IMG/VR virus record: IMGVR_UViG_3300017767_000007
Reading direction: 5' to 3' (one strand)
Source: an uncultured virus (IMG/VR IMGVR_UViG_3300017767_000007)
Taxonomy: Duplodnaviria > Heunggongvirae > Uroviricota > Caudoviricetes
DNA length: 64,000 bases
The notes beneath the pieces are model-generated. The model ran no database searches. It was not told the DNA's origin and saw nothing but the letters and a program-made list of their open reading frames with translations. Below, piece by piece: positions 1 to 10,576 of this stretch (the first letter of the stretch is position 1; every line of letters starts with the position of its first letter). The translations under genes were made by a program, and so were the position numbers.

Positions 1-289
1 AAGAGTTTGAAATTCCAACAGGACCATTATGATGAAATGTGCCGTAAAGTTCATGAGCAGTAATACCAGCACCACCAAATACTAAGGTGATTTCATTATG
101 CTGATGGTTAATTGAACCAAGAGAAGGAATATCTAAAACGCATATATTAACTATAACAGGAACACCAGTAGTAAATTGCATTGTATCTGCATTTGTTGGT
201 GCTGAACCTGGGACAACACCTCCAAGCAACCAATTGTTAGGGTTTGCTGCTGATGTATCTATTGCTCCAGTCCAATCATATACTGCCAT
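1..289 (-). CDS. Partial virion/fibre-like protein (runs off window start)
   Basis: Hand translation from ATG at 289: MAVYDWTGAIDTSAANPNNW..., open to base 1; lies in structural operon. Confidence 0.6.
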   Translation of the reverse strand, partial: MAVYDWTGAIDTSAANPNNWLLGGVVPGSAPTNADTMQFTTGVPVIVNICVLDIPSLGSINHQHNEITLVFGGAGITAHELYGTFHHNGPVGISNS

Positions 290-291
290 TC

Positions 292-699
292 TTAGCCACT
301 AATCCTACTACTCGTACTTTTTACTGCGAATGCAGTACCACCTGCTTCAGAGACTAAATTTAAAGCCTCCTTTGCTCTTTTTCTAAACATATCTAATTGG
401 TATTGATACCTTCTATCTTGGTATCGGCTATCGTCGCTATCTCCTGCTGACATTTGACCAGGTAAAGTATCAATAAGAATGCTTAAGCAATCAACTGCTA
501 CGAGCATTTTGATAGCGTCTTCTTTTAAAGCAGTAGTTACTGCGTTAGTATTATCATTGAGATTAACATCATCACGAGCAACTTTTTCCACAAAATTTGT
601 TCTCATGTTGATATATTCTGCAATCGTTACTGTTAGAAGACCTTTTGGCCTTCCTAATAAGTCTCGTATATTATCATTAGTTACTGCCATTGGGTTCAC
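292..699 (-). CDS. Putative head-tail connector/adaptor-like protein
   Basis: ~130 aa helical protein just downstream of capsid genes; likely start ATG 690. Confidence 0.45.
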   Translation of the reverse strand: MNPMAVTNDNIRDLLGRPKGLLTVTIAEYINMRTNFVEKVARDDVNLNDNTNAVTTALKEDAIKMLVAVDCLSILIDTLPGQMSAGDSDDSRYQDRRYQYQLDMFRKRAKEALNLVSEAGGTAFAVKSTSSRISG

Positions 700-1072
700 C
701 TATACATTCACAGATGACAACAGCATTACTTGAAGGTGTCGGAGTTCTTTTTAGAACAATCAACTTACGAGAATTTAGTATTTTAACACTGTCTTCACAG
801 TCGGGAAGGGCATAAACAACTTTCTTACTATCTATTCCTTTTGCTATTAGTTCAGGACTTGTGTTTCCTGCAAGCCTAACAAGCCAAAATAGGTTGCTTT
901 TGAAGTTATCAAGGATAGCCTTAAGTTGTGTAGCAGAAGCGTCAGCAGGATAGTAATAACCCTTAGCATCTAATTGCTTGATAAGTCCTGCTTTAGAATC
1001 TTTCTTTTTCTTAGCAGGTGCTTTAGCCTTTACAGGTGCTTCTTTTGCAGGAGATTTACTCTTCTTTGCCAT
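677..1072 (-). CDS. Hypothetical protein with Lys/Ala-rich N-terminus
   Basis: ORF track; overlapping gene arrangement in head operon. Confidence 0.6.
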   Translation of the reverse strand: MAKKSKSPAKEAPVKAKAPAKKKKDSKAGLIKQLDAKGYYYPADASATQLKAILDNFKSNLFWLVRLAGNTSPELIAKGIDSKKVVYALPDCEDSVKILNSRKLIVLKRTPTPSSNAVVICECIGEPNGSN

Positions 1073-1241
1073 CTTTCTTCACCTTTTTTGACTTCTTTGG
1101 TTTGACTATTGCTTTGATTTTATCTTCAGACCATTCAGTCTTAGGGAGCATAGCAACTTTAGCCCATACCTCATCGGAGATATCAGCATCTAATTCTAAG
1201 CAATACGCCCGAAGGTGTGAAGCCTTAGTAAAGTGACGCAA
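1056..1241 (-). CDS. Small hypothetical basic protein
   Basis: ORF track; GGTGA RBS upstream. Confidence 0.5.
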   Translation of the reverse strand: MRHFTKASHLRAYCLELDADISDEVWAKVAMLPKTEWSEDKIKAIVKPKKSKKVKKDGKEE

Positions 1242-1252
1242 AAAGCATCACC

Positions 1253-2161
1253 TTACTGTACGCCTGTAATCTTAACGATTCGCTTTGATTTTCCAGCAGC
1301 AGCGCCATCTTGGTGTTCGTGAACAACCATTCCCATGTAGCCAGTTAGCATCCAATCGAAACCAACACCAGGAAGACGGGTTAGTTCAGTTTCTCTGAAT
1401 CCAGGTCCGTTGTATTGGAAGAATTCTGCGGTTTGAGCACCAGGAACCATAACAAGTGCGTCACTTCCGATTGCGCCACTTGCACCATCGTCACGAGTAT
1501 ACTTGAAGTCCATTCCCAAAACACCCTTTAGGTGGTCTTGTAGGGATTGAATAACATTTCCAAACAGTTGTGTGTTTAACAAAGCACTTCGCTTTACAGC
1601 AGGTAGGACAACGGATAGGGTTTCGTTGCCAGATACACGAGCCAAGTCGAAGATTTTGTCAGCAGCAGCCAAAAGGTCTTTTTCTTCATCAGCACCACCA
1701 GCACCGAAAGCAGCAGTAGCAGCAACGGTTTCATCAGCACCAGCATGAAGTCCACTTAGAATTAGGTTGTCAATGGTATCAGCCAATGCTTGTGTAACAC
1801 CAAGTTGTTGTCGGTTCATGTTTTCAAAGGATTCGCCACGAAGTAGTGTTGAATCAAGGAAAGTCACACGACCCATACCTTTCTTTAGACCTACTGAATA
1901 GTTCTTTGTTCCAATCTTTGTTGCACCGACAGTTGCGGAGTCATCAATTGGGTAGGTGAAAGCACCGCCAACACCAGTGTACCAAGTAAATTCCAGCCAA
2001 GGAACAGTTCTTGTTCCTACGAGGTCAGTTCCGATTGACAAAACTTTGCTTTGTAGTTGGATAAAGTCACGCAATACTTGTTCTTTAAGAGCATCTCTGC
2101 TTCCAAAGGGTCCTGCGTTGTCGTCACGAGCTATAATTGTTTCTAAATTTTCATTTGCCAT
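1253..2161 (-). CDS. Major capsid protein (HK97 fold)
   Basis: 302 aa; position after protease/scaffold and decoration gene; 'ALADTIDNLIL' spine-helix-like segment. Confidence 0.8.
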   Translation of the reverse strand: MANENLETIIARDDNAGPFGSRDALKEQVLRDFIQLQSKVLSIGTDLVGTRTVPWLEFTWYTGVGGAFTYPIDDSATVGATKIGTKNYSVGLKKGMGRVTFLDSTLLRGESFENMNRQQLGVTQALADTIDNLILSGLHAGADETVAATAAFGAGGADEEKDLLAAADKIFDLARVSGNETLSVVLPAVKRSALLNTQLFGNVIQSLQDHLKGVLGMDFKYTRDDGASGAIGSDALVMVPGAQTAEFFQYNGPGFRETELTRLPGVGFDWMLTGYMGMVVHEHQDGAAAGKSKRIVKITGVQ

Positions 2162-2166
2162 TCAAA

Positions 2167-2589
2167 TCACCATCCTGCATTGTTAGTATTAACAAGGATT
2201 AAGTTTTCGTTATCAGTCACATTGTCAGCGCTAATTACTTCGCCAGGTCCGACATAAACACCGAGTACAGTTCCAGTTCCAGAAGTATTCTTTCCTGTTC
2301 CTGTTGCGGTAAGTTCGATTGCATCACCGACTACATAGGTTGCAGCATCAGCACGAATGTAAAGAACACCGCCACTTGGCATGTATGAAACACGGCCACC
2401 AGTGACAAGAGCATCGTCTTTGTCCCTTTCTGAAGATTCAATGGTGACACCCAATGGGGTATTACCAACAGCACTACATAGTGCTACTGTGTTTGTTCCA
2501 TCAGCCTTAAGCAAAAGCCCAGATAGTCCTGCGCTTGCACCAGCTTTCAAAGTTGCGTTAATTGGTCCTGTTCCGATTCCTGTTAGCAT
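2167..2589 (-). CDS. Head decoration/cement protein
   Basis: 140 aa Gly/Ala/Thr-rich beta protein between scaffold and MCP. Confidence 0.65.
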   Translation of the reverse strand: MLTGIGTGPINATLKAGASAGLSGLLLKADGTNTVALCSAVGNTPLGVTIESSERDKDDALVTGGRVSYMPSGGVLYIRADAATYVVGDAIELTATGTGKNTSGTGTVLGVYVGPGEVISADNVTDNENLILVNTNNAGW

Positions 2590-2590
2590 T

Positions 2591-4864
2591 TCAAATCATC
2601 CCCTTTGTTTTTGCTTCTTCAAATGATGGAGCGAGGTTTTCGCCACCACCACGATTGTATGCAGCAACAAGAGCGTTAAAAGAAGCAGAGTATTCTGCTT
2701 CGGAAGATTCAACCAAGTTGCCGTTTAGATAATTAGCAACAACAGCGGTTGATGATGAAACACTTGCTACTACATCAGATGCAGGTTCAACAGGTTTCAT
2801 TTCTTTAGAAGGTGCAGGTCGGGATGCTTCCCAAGAAGCCATCAATTCTTTGACAGTTTCAGCAGGTAGTGCTTCGTGACCCTTAAGTCCAATTTCAGAT
2901 GCTTCCTTGACAAGTGCCAATCGAGCGTTCTCTGCTTCTTCAGCCGCTTTTGCTTCAAATGCAGCAATGCGTGAATTTGCGAGAATTAGTGCTTTTTCCA
3001 TTTCAGCCACAGCATCAACTGATTCAACAGTTTCGGATGCGATAACTTCTTCAATTACTTCTTCGGACATTGTATTCGCCTTCTTCGTATGATAACCTTC
3101 AGGAGCTGAATCATACTTAAGCATTTCCTCAGAAACAGCCTCTTCAACCTTTACAGCATTTTCAATTCTTGCACGAGGATATGCTGGTTTATGGACTATT
3201 GCGAGATGGTCAAAAGTGAAGTCATGCTCGAATACCATTTGAGTTTTTCCGTCTTTTGCTTCAACAATTCTGTCGGGAACTCCTGTTCCACCGATGGAAA
3301 CACCGTATTCTGAGCGAAACCAGAGTCCTGATTCTAAAACTTCAAACAATTCACTTCTTTCAACGGTTGCTTCAAAGTGAACTTCCCAAGAATCTTCGTC
3401 GCCTTCGACCCAAGCCTTTGTGACTCGACCTACAACGCCTTCGTCAATACCAGCCATATTCCTCTTAAAGCGACCTTGTTCAGCCTTTGGATGATTAAGA
3501 GTTACATCTGCATCAAGCATTTGAGGCAAAATGTTGTCAACTCCAGCCCTTGTAATAGACCAGTTGTTTTTGTTCATACCTTCATGGAATGCAACACCAC
3601 TAATCTTTACAACAGTTTTACCTGTTGATGCTTCAATAATTGATTCTGCATAAGTCATAGTGGCATCAAGAGTTACTGCAACACGGACACATTTACCGTT
3701 TCGCATTTCTTTGCCTGGAGGACAAGTATCTTTTTCGTATGAAGCATATTTGTCCTTGTCTTTTTTATAACCTTCAACCTTCTTAGGAATGTCTTTGCCG
3801 ACCTTCTTAATGTATTCTTCATGGTTTTTACCTGGCATAAAGACTTTCTTCCCATCTTCTTCATGTGTATGGAAACCATCAAGACCTAATTCCTTTGCAC
3901 GACCAGATGCTTCTCCTGGATTATCGAATACATCTTTGCGAATCATTTTTGCTTCAACTGCTTCATCTTCACAACAGTCTCTGCCACAGTCATGACAGTC
4001 TTCGTCTGCTTCAATGATTTCTTCAAAGTCAAGCCAAATTGGCTGTTCTTCATGTTGTTCCCACAATTCAGCAAACAATAAATCAATTTCATCATTGACC
4101 TCATCATCTTCGTCGCTGGTATAATCAGTTACAGATTTAGAGCGTTCCCACATTCTACAAGACCAATAACCTGCAGATGTTTTGTCTTTCTTTTCAGAGC
4201 ATGAATGTCTATCACGGAAAGCCTTTCGTCGCTTAGGGTCGTCACGCTTAATTTCCATGTTGGGGTCGCCAAAGCGCACGATGACTACATTACCGCTCGA
4301 ATTTTGCACATATACAGCAAACTTCTTTGGTCCTCCCGATGTTCGGAATGGTTTGTTAAGTGTAACTTTACGCCCTTTGTATTCTGCTGCAATCCAGTCC
4401 ATACTTACATATGCAGCCTCGTCACTCATTTCAAAGTTTTCCTCGCTGGCTCTTGGGTGTGACTTAGGCAATAAGTCGTTGTCTTGCTTGTAATTTGGAT
4501 TGGAAGGTCTGCCGTTTCGCAAGAGGTAAAGGAAGGCTTTGACTCGAGCGACACCCCATCCACCTCTTGACATATTTGGTGCGTGACTACGGCTGAAAGC
4601 ACCAGCACCCCTACGATAAACGGTTTTGAGCATTCCCATAGATGCTTTGCTCCCTTTACCCTTCTTATTGTGTTCTTGCATAAGGGAACGGAGTCGTGCG
4701 TTTGTTTCTTTGCTAAATGAAATTGACTTGTTTGGCTTCTTTGCTGAGCCTGGTTTGTTTTTCTTTGAGCCTTTTCTGCGCTCACTTGGTTTAGCGGGAG
4801 TTTTTCGTACATCATTTTTTCCAGGCTTCCCGTATTGAAGTGCTTCAACAATTTCTTCAGACAT
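2591..4864 (-). CDS. Prohead protease fused to N-terminal basic domains and C-terminal scaffold
   Basis: Protease-like core (ISGVAFH...NKNNW...LNHP...VSIGG...HLAIVHKPAYP); acidic coiled-coil C-terminus; between portal and MCP. Confidence 0.8.
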   Translation of the reverse strand: MSEEIVEALQYGKPGKNDVRKTPAKPSERRKGSKKNKPGSAKKPNKSISFSKETNARLRSLMQEHNKKGKGSKASMGMLKTVYRRGAGAFSRSHAPNMSRGGWGVARVKAFLYLLRNGRPSNPNYKQDNDLLPKSHPRASEENFEMSDEAAYVSMDWIAAEYKGRKVTLNKPFRTSGGPKKFAVYVQNSSGNVVIVRFGDPNMEIKRDDPKRRKAFRDRHSCSEKKDKTSAGYWSCRMWERSKSVTDYTSDEDDEVNDEIDLLFAELWEQHEEQPIWLDFEEIIEADEDCHDCGRDCCEDEAVEAKMIRKDVFDNPGEASGRAKELGLDGFHTHEEDGKKVFMPGKNHEEYIKKVGKDIPKKVEGYKKDKDKYASYEKDTCPPGKEMRNGKCVRVAVTLDATMTYAESIIEASTGKTVVKISGVAFHEGMNKNNWSITRAGVDNILPQMLDADVTLNHPKAEQGRFKRNMAGIDEGVVGRVTKAWVEGDEDSWEVHFEATVERSELFEVLESGLWFRSEYGVSIGGTGVPDRIVEAKDGKTQMVFEHDFTFDHLAIVHKPAYPRARIENAVKVEEAVSEEMLKYDSAPEGYHTKKANTMSEEVIEEVIASETVESVDAVAEMEKALILANSRIAAFEAKAAEEAENARLALVKEASEIGLKGHEALPAETVKELMASWEASRPAPSKEMKPVEPASDVVASVSSSTAVVANYLNGNLVESSEAEYSASFNALVAAYNRGGGENLAPSFEEAKTKGMI

Positions 4865-4980
4865 AAAATCACTTCTTTTTCCCTGTAGTAAAACAAATTC
4901 CTGTTTCGGTTTCTGTTTCGTCTATTTCTTTTGACTTTGCATCAAACCATTCGTCAAGAAGAGTGCATCGTGTCATAGTA

Positions 4981-5403
4981 TCACTCCTTTTTCTTTATTG
5001 GTCTTAGAACAGTATTATTTTTCAACTCATCCATTTCATGTTTGTGAGTTTGAGCAGCCTTTTCTAATTCATGCTTATGCTTTTGAGCCAACTTTTCTAA
5101 GTCTATCATGTGTTCCTTTTGAGAAGCATCTCTTTCTCTATTATGCTTTAAGTCTGTTGGGATATTTTCAACTTCTTGTGACTGTTCGGATTCCCACATA
5201 CGGAGAACAGTTTGTAAAGCAGGAGCAGCAGTTCCGCCTATGATTGCGATAAGTGCTATGAAACCATCTAAGTTTTCCAATACAACTTCAGGCTTCCAAA
5301 TACCCATACCAACAACTGAACCACAGGCAAGAAGCCATAAGTATATTGAAGGGATAACGGTTCTCTTTACCATTCTATCGTTAAAAGTGTCTTGTTTACT
5401 CAT
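4981..5403 (-). CDS. Two-TM membrane protein with coiled-coil tail
   Basis: Two hydrophobic segments followed by a charged helical region. Confidence 0.6.
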   Translation of the reverse strand: MSKQDTFNDRMVKRTVIPSIYLWLLACGSVVGMGIWKPEVVLENLDGFIALIAIIGGTAAPALQTVLRMWESEQSQEVENIPTDLKHNRERDASQKEHMIDLEKLAQKHKHELEKAAQTHKHEMDELKNNTVLRPIKKKE

Positions 5404-6814
5404 TTGAAGTGCCTCCTTTATCTCCTTCGTTGATTTCTTGTTGAGGTCGAGGACTTATAGGTCTTTCTGATAGTTTCTTACCTTCTTTAAAATCTGCACC
5501 TTCTGATACAGGCTCAAACCCAAGAATTTCTCTTGCTTCATTCCTTGTTATAATACCGTCACGATACCCTAATGAAACCCTTTGGTATTCTTGATAGTTA
5601 TTTTCTTCATCAACAGGTTCAAAGTATAATTCAGGTAAGTCTTTCTTTGTACTAACAACACCCTTCATTTCACAGTGATGTAACCAAAGTTTGTGTACTG
5701 CTTGAACAACGACTTCTTGTAGCCTTGCGATTGCTTGCATAGACCACATATTAGCATTAAATGTGGCAGCAAATGTTGAACCTGATTCTTGGCCAGCAGC
5801 AACACGAGGCACCTGAAGAACAGCGGAAATGTCGCTATTAATCATATCAAGGAATTTACTGTTATCTGGGACATTTTTCATATCCATTTGTTGTATTTGC
5901 ACATAATCAGGTAAAATTGGGATTTGGTCAGCACGAAGATTTTCCAGCAATTTACCAACTTCAGTCATAATATGGGATAGTCTTTCACGCTGTTCCTTTG
6001 GGTCAGAGATATGTTCAACAGCCTTCATATCAATGCTGATAAATTGCTTTGTCATGCTATCTTCAATAGCAATACGATTATTCATTGTGTTGTATTTAGC
6101 ACGAATTGCCTGTTTCAAACTGCTAAATCGAGATGCACCCCATACACCATAAGTCCATCTGTTTAACCTATCCATCCACCAATTAGAGCGATAGTCAATT
6201 TTGATGTGAGATATTTCATCTGCTGGTATTTCTAATTCTCCATGTTGCATTTCTCTAAAGCGGTATGTGACCGCTTTCATTATTGGGTCATCTTTGCCGT
6301 ATGCTCTTGGGCTTTTGCTTGAATTAGGTCTTGAATCAACTATGGTGACTTGGGTGATAGGGATGCTTTGTAGGTCAGTAATACCTATTCCTGCCCTTCC
6401 AACAATCTTATCTATGGAATTACCATAAACTATAAGGTTTCGCATTGTGTTAATGATAAAGTCATCAAAGTCTATGGCATCAACAAATTCTTCAATACAC
6501 ATACGAATCTTTTGATTCTTGGCTTTTGAATAGTCAATCTTGTATTTGTTGCCTGTAAGGCTGACAGCTCTTACTGCACCGTTAAGTTCGGGGTCAAGTC
6601 TTAGCATATCATCGTACAAATCAAATTCAGTATCATACTTCGACCCGTATTGCTTGTAGCCTTGTGTCCTCATTGCCTCAGTTTCAGTTAGTATATCTTT
6701 GATAGAAGCAGTAAATGGTGAACCAATTGGCGAATTTAGTGGAAATTCGACAACTTCTGCTGTTTTTTCAACTTTTTCTGGAGTTCTGCCAAGAATTCTG
6801 TCGAAAAGACCCAT
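5396..6814 (-). CDS. Portal protein
   Basis: 472 aa; MGLFDRILG start; 'GIITRNEAREILGF' C-terminal portal motif; first gene of head operon. Confidence 0.9.
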   Translation of the reverse strand: MGLFDRILGRTPEKVEKTAEVVEFPLNSPIGSPFTASIKDILTETEAMRTQGYKQYGSKYDTEFDLYDDMLRLDPELNGAVRAVSLTGNKYKIDYSKAKNQKIRMCIEEFVDAIDFDDFIINTMRNLIVYGNSIDKIVGRAGIGITDLQSIPITQVTIVDSRPNSSKSPRAYGKDDPIMKAVTYRFREMQHGELEIPADEISHIKIDYRSNWWMDRLNRWTYGVWGASRFSSLKQAIRAKYNTMNNRIAIEDSMTKQFISIDMKAVEHISDPKEQRERLSHIMTEVGKLLENLRADQIPILPDYVQIQQMDMKNVPDNSKFLDMINSDISAVLQVPRVAAGQESGSTFAATFNANMWSMQAIARLQEVVVQAVHKLWLHHCEMKGVVSTKKDLPELYFEPVDEENNYQEYQRVSLGYRDGIITRNEAREILGFEPVSEGADFKEGKKLSERPISPRPQQEINEGDKGGTSNE

Positions 6815-6849
6815 AATTAATTCTCAGTCTCACAGCACCTTTAAGTGTT

Positions 6850-7200
6850 CCGCAATTGTTTTTATTCTTTCACTTGTGTTTAGGAAAGAATTAATCGCAT
6901 AGCAGCTCGGCATAAGTGTTTATTTTTTATTATTTCCTATAAGGTTGTTGAAGAGTTTTATACTCTTAGAGCCAATAAAGACCCAGAATAGTATCTCTAA
7001 AGTGATAAGTAGTATCGCCCACTTTCCGAACCCTTCATACGGGATAGGTATATCTGAAAAGTCCATAGGTTACACAATCGGACAAATACAATTAAGTCTG
7101 ACTGTGGATAGCCCCAACACCCCCTAAATTAATAAAAATAAATAAAGATTGGCGCTGTGACACATTTATTTTTCTCTATCAAGCGGAAAAATAATTATTC
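6850..7200. promoter_or_regulatory. AT-rich divergent control region with two copies of an A-tract/CGCTRTG-like core/T-tract element
   Basis: Non-coding gap between divergent portal and phosphoesterase genes; resembles 24740-25000 in inverted orientation. Confidence 0.55.
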
Positions 7201-7232
7201 AATAGGGGGTGCATTTATAGGTAAATGACTGT

Positions 7233-8702
7233 TTGGTTAGAGCAATGAACAATAAGAAGACCAAAAGGGCAAGTCCAGGTACAGGTTATGAAATAATCGA
7301 AAAGGAGTCTCATTTATTATCAACAATGTCAAGACTCGCATTTGCACGACACCTACACAATCTTTACCCCGTTAAGTCCGTTAAAGGATGGGAAATGGCT
7401 ACTCAAAGGTGGCAAAAGGGTAATAGTGTTATTAATCCAGAAGTTGTAGCAGCACCTACAACTCGTATGTATTCAACCGACGCATATTACTATAACAATG
7501 ATGAAGACCTTTACTTTACTTTCCTTCGTGCAGCCGACCAAGTAGTAAAAATAGAAGGTGATGTTCACCGACAAATGAAGGCTGATTATTCCAATATGGC
7601 AACTGACGCACTAACAATCAATGAAATGTGCAGAAAGTATGCAATGCCTCGACCCTGGTTGGAAGAATATCGAAAGAGGCATGGTTGGACTCACGATATG
7701 TCTCCTTTTACAGATGAAGAATTTGCAGAAAAGGACACAGATGAAATGGTAAAAGACCTTATTCATTGGAGAAAGAAGGAACTGTTTGAAAAGTTTGAAC
7801 AGGCTCGCTGGAAAGACCTTGAAAAAGATGCTTCAAAGTGGAGAAATCTTAACGACCACCTGTTAGAAGAGTTCCTAAATCTTATTCCAAACGCACCTGA
7901 AGCACCAAATCGCTTAGAATTAACCGATGATGAAAAGCCATATGCACTTGTAGTATCAGCAACTGACTTTCATTGGGGTAAATATGGTTGGGTTGATGAA
8001 GTAGGTGAAACATACGACTTCGATGAAGCAAAGCATAGACTAATGGATAGGACTCAAGACCTTGTATCTCGATTACCATACCAACCTGAAAAGATAATTA
8101 TGGGTACAGGCAGCGACTGGTTTCATGTTGATAACGACTTAGGGACAACTACAAAGGGTACTCCACAAGATATGTGCGGTACACCAGCCCAAATCCTTAA
8201 AAGTGGTTGTGAATTGGCTGTCGAACACATAGAATTACTTAGACAAGTAGCACCTGTTGAAATCTATAACATGGCAGGAAACCACGACAGAATGTCTGCT
8301 TTGGCTCTTATCATGTATCTTGACGCATATTACAGAAATGCTGATGATGTTAGCGTAGTAGTTTCACCATACCCAAGACAATACATGACTTATGGAAACA
8401 ATTTGATAGGTTTAACTCATGGTGATAAAGCAATGCAGAAGTTACCTGCACTAATGGCTAATGAAGCAAAGGCTGAATGGGGAGTAACTGACCACCATTA
8501 TTGGTTTCACGGACATTTGCACCATCAAACTGTTAAAGAAAGTGCTGGAACTCTTATTATTCAATTGGCTTCTCTTGCAGGGCATGACAGATACCACGCA
8601 AGGGCTGGTTATACAATGTCAAAAGCAGGTTTGTCTGGATATATGATTGACAAAGAAGAAGGTCTAATTTGCAGTTTGTTCTCTCCTGTGGAGGGGCATT
8701 GA
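7233..8702 (+). CDS. Calcineurin-like metallophosphoesterase with N-terminal extension
   Basis: Motifs TDFHWG, GSDWF, GNHD, THGD, HGHLHH. Confidence 0.85.
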   Translation: MVRAMNNKKTKRASPGTGYEIIEKESHLLSTMSRLAFARHLHNLYPVKSVKGWEMATQRWQKGNSVINPEVVAAPTTRMYSTDAYYYNNDEDLYFTFLRAADQVVKIEGDVHRQMKADYSNMATDALTINEMCRKYAMPRPWLEEYRKRHGWTHDMSPFTDEEFAEKDTDEMVKDLIHWRKKELFEKFEQARWKDLEKDASKWRNLNDHLLEEFLNLIPNAPEAPNRLELTDDEKPYALVVSATDFHWGKYGWVDEVGETYDFDEAKHRLMDRTQDLVSRLPYQPEKIIMGTGSDWFHVDNDLGTTTKGTPQDMCGTPAQILKSGCELAVEHIELLRQVAPVEIYNMAGNHDRMSALALIMYLDAYYRNADDVSVVVSPYPRQYMTYGNNLIGLTHGDKAMQKLPALMANEAKAEWGVTDHHYWFHGHLHHQTVKESAGTLIIQLASLAGHDRYHARAGYTMSKAGLSGYMIDKEEGLICSLFSPVEGH

Positions 8703-8828
8703 TGGGAAATAGGACTTGTTTGCGTGAATGTATGAATTGTGGTAAAAGAGGAATATACGCTACAACAGCTTGCAGGTCAAAAAAGAATGGTATTTCAATT
8801 TATTGTGGGTATTTACGGGTGGTTAGAA

Positions 8829-8972
8829 ATGAGCGAACATCATAGGTTTTGTGAAAAGGTATACTGTAAGTTTTGTGGCTTTGCTACAGGAATTATGGAA
8901 GCGTCAAAGGCAATGGCTGGTAAATGTCCCCACTGCAAAAAAGAAGGGGGGTTGATGCCTCTTGGGTATTAA
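8829..8972 (+). CDS. Small zinc-ribbon protein
   Basis: CKFC...CPHC from ATG 8829. Confidence 0.5.
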   Translation: MSEHHRFCEKVYCKFCGFATGIMEASKAMAGKCPHCKKEGGLMPLGY

Positions 8973-10446
8973 CACCACTCGTATGAGCCTTTTAAGGTCA
9001 AAAAACGATATTAAGTATTTCTATGAATGGTTAGGTTATACATGGGGAGAGCATATAGATGAATGGGTCAATCTTTATACTGATAGAAAAGATGCACAGG
9101 TTCACAGGACTTGTATTATTGCGCCTCGTGACCACAGTAAATCAACAACCCTCCGTATTGTATTGCTACACCATGCTCTTTTTCTAAAGTGGCGTAGCAA
9201 ACCTTTTACTTGTTGGTTGTTTTCCGCAAGCAGGGATACTGCTTCAAGGCGTTTACAAGAAATAAGAGAAGATATTCTAAAGCATCCTGAATTGTCAAAG
9301 TATCTTGATACTAAGCGTGGTGGCAAATATGAATTGTTTTTTACTAATGGCGCATGGATAAGAGCCACATCTGTTGGTTCTGCTATTCGTGGTGAGCATC
9401 CAGCCTGTATTGCTCTTGACGATGTTCTTATGGATATGGGAGATATGTCAATGGATTCAGTTAGAGGTTGGCTTAGAAAGGTTGTCACTCCTATGTTGTC
9501 TCCAGGAACCAGCCTATATTGTGTTGGAACTCCTATGGCTATGACTGATATTTACCATACTGAAATGTTAGGTAATAAGGTTTGGAAAGCAGGCGTTTGG
9601 TCTGCAATCCTCAATTGGGATGAATACAAAGCCGACCCTGATAATGTTAAGCCAGAATGCCTTTGGCCTCAACATAGACCCATAGATTTTATACTTGAAC
9701 AAAAAGAGGCTATGCAGGAATTAGAATTTACTCAAGAATACCTTTGTAGAGTTATTGATGAAGATTCACAAGTATTCCCAAGAAAGATAAGCCGTCAAAA
9801 TATGGATATGGAATTAATGTTAGAAAAGGAAAAATTTCATGATGGCAAGTATGTAATTGGTTTTGACCCCTCACATGGATTAGGAAAAGACTACTCAGTC
9901 CTTGTAGTATTGAGGCAAGACTCGGATGGTTACATTTATCTCGTTGATATTTGGAGAAAGAATGACTTTCCACCTGAAAAGCAGGTTAATGTCATAGCGC
10001 AGTATAACGAAAGGTATAACATGCCTCCTATCGCTATTGAAGATGTAGGGTTTCAAAGGTTGTATAATGCCATACTTATGCAAAAGGGAGTTACTATTGA
10101 TTACAGACCGTCTAAAGCAAGCAACAAATCCCTAAAGCAAGGGCTGATGAGCAGACTTAGAGCATGGTTTGAACAAGGGAGAATTGTATTACCCTTCGGA
10201 GATGAACCGACTCGCAGGGTTATCAGATTATTTTTAGAAGAGTTAGAAAGTCATGCCTGGAAAAATGGTGACATAGTGGACTTAGGAAAACACAATGATA
10301 TGGTTATGGCCTTCGCTCACGCCATAGACCAATTCATTATGCCAACCAAACATGAGTCATTTAGTATGTCAAGCACTTCTCTCAACAACTGGCAAAATTC
10401 TACTGAATCTCCAAAACCTGGCGGAAAATTCCCATTTTTCTTTTAA
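8962..10446 (+). CDS. terL: Terminase large subunit
   Basis: Walker A variant APRDHSKST, Walker B IALDD, VGTP coupling motif, nuclease IGFDPS and HNDMVMA. Confidence 0.92.
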   Translation: MGINTTRMSLLRSKNDIKYFYEWLGYTWGEHIDEWVNLYTDRKDAQVHRTCIIAPRDHSKSTTLRIVLLHHALFLKWRSKPFTCWLFSASRDTASRRLQEIREDILKHPELSKYLDTKRGGKYELFFTNGAWIRATSVGSAIRGEHPACIALDDVLMDMGDMSMDSVRGWLRKVVTPMLSPGTSLYCVGTPMAMTDIYHTEMLGNKVWKAGVWSAILNWDEYKADPDNVKPECLWPQHRPIDFILEQKEAMQELEFTQEYLCRVIDEDSQVFPRKISRQNMDMELMLEKEKFHDGKYVIGFDPSHGLGKDYSVLVVLRQDSDGYIYLVDIWRKNDFPPEKQVNVIAQYNERYNMPPIAIEDVGFQRLYNAILMQKGVTIDYRPSKASNKSLKQGLMSRLRAWFEQGRIVLPFGDEPTRRVIRLFLEELESHAWKNGDIVDLGKHNDMVMAFAHAIDQFIMPTKHESFSMSSTSLNNWQNSTESPKPGGKFPFFF

Positions 10447-10533
10447 TATAAAGTTTTTTTTCAGAAATTTTTTTTGTGTATTATGCGCTCTGGTGGGCGT
10501 TAGGTTAGTACAAAAAATCTTTTTTTTTGTCAT

Positions 10534-10543
10534 CATATATAAG
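10534..10543 (+). promoter_or_regulatory. TATA box for leader transcript
   Basis: CATATATAAG about 35 nt before a structured non-coding region. Confidence 0.5.
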
Positions 10544-10576
10544 CATTTACCATACTACTTCATATACTTGAATGAA

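Noticed and set aside
6945..7127. Short ORF in the AT-rich control region (likewise 24701-25033)
   Set aside because: No RBS or recognisable product; 24701-25033 overlaps and 6945-7127 lies between the dispersed non-coding elements
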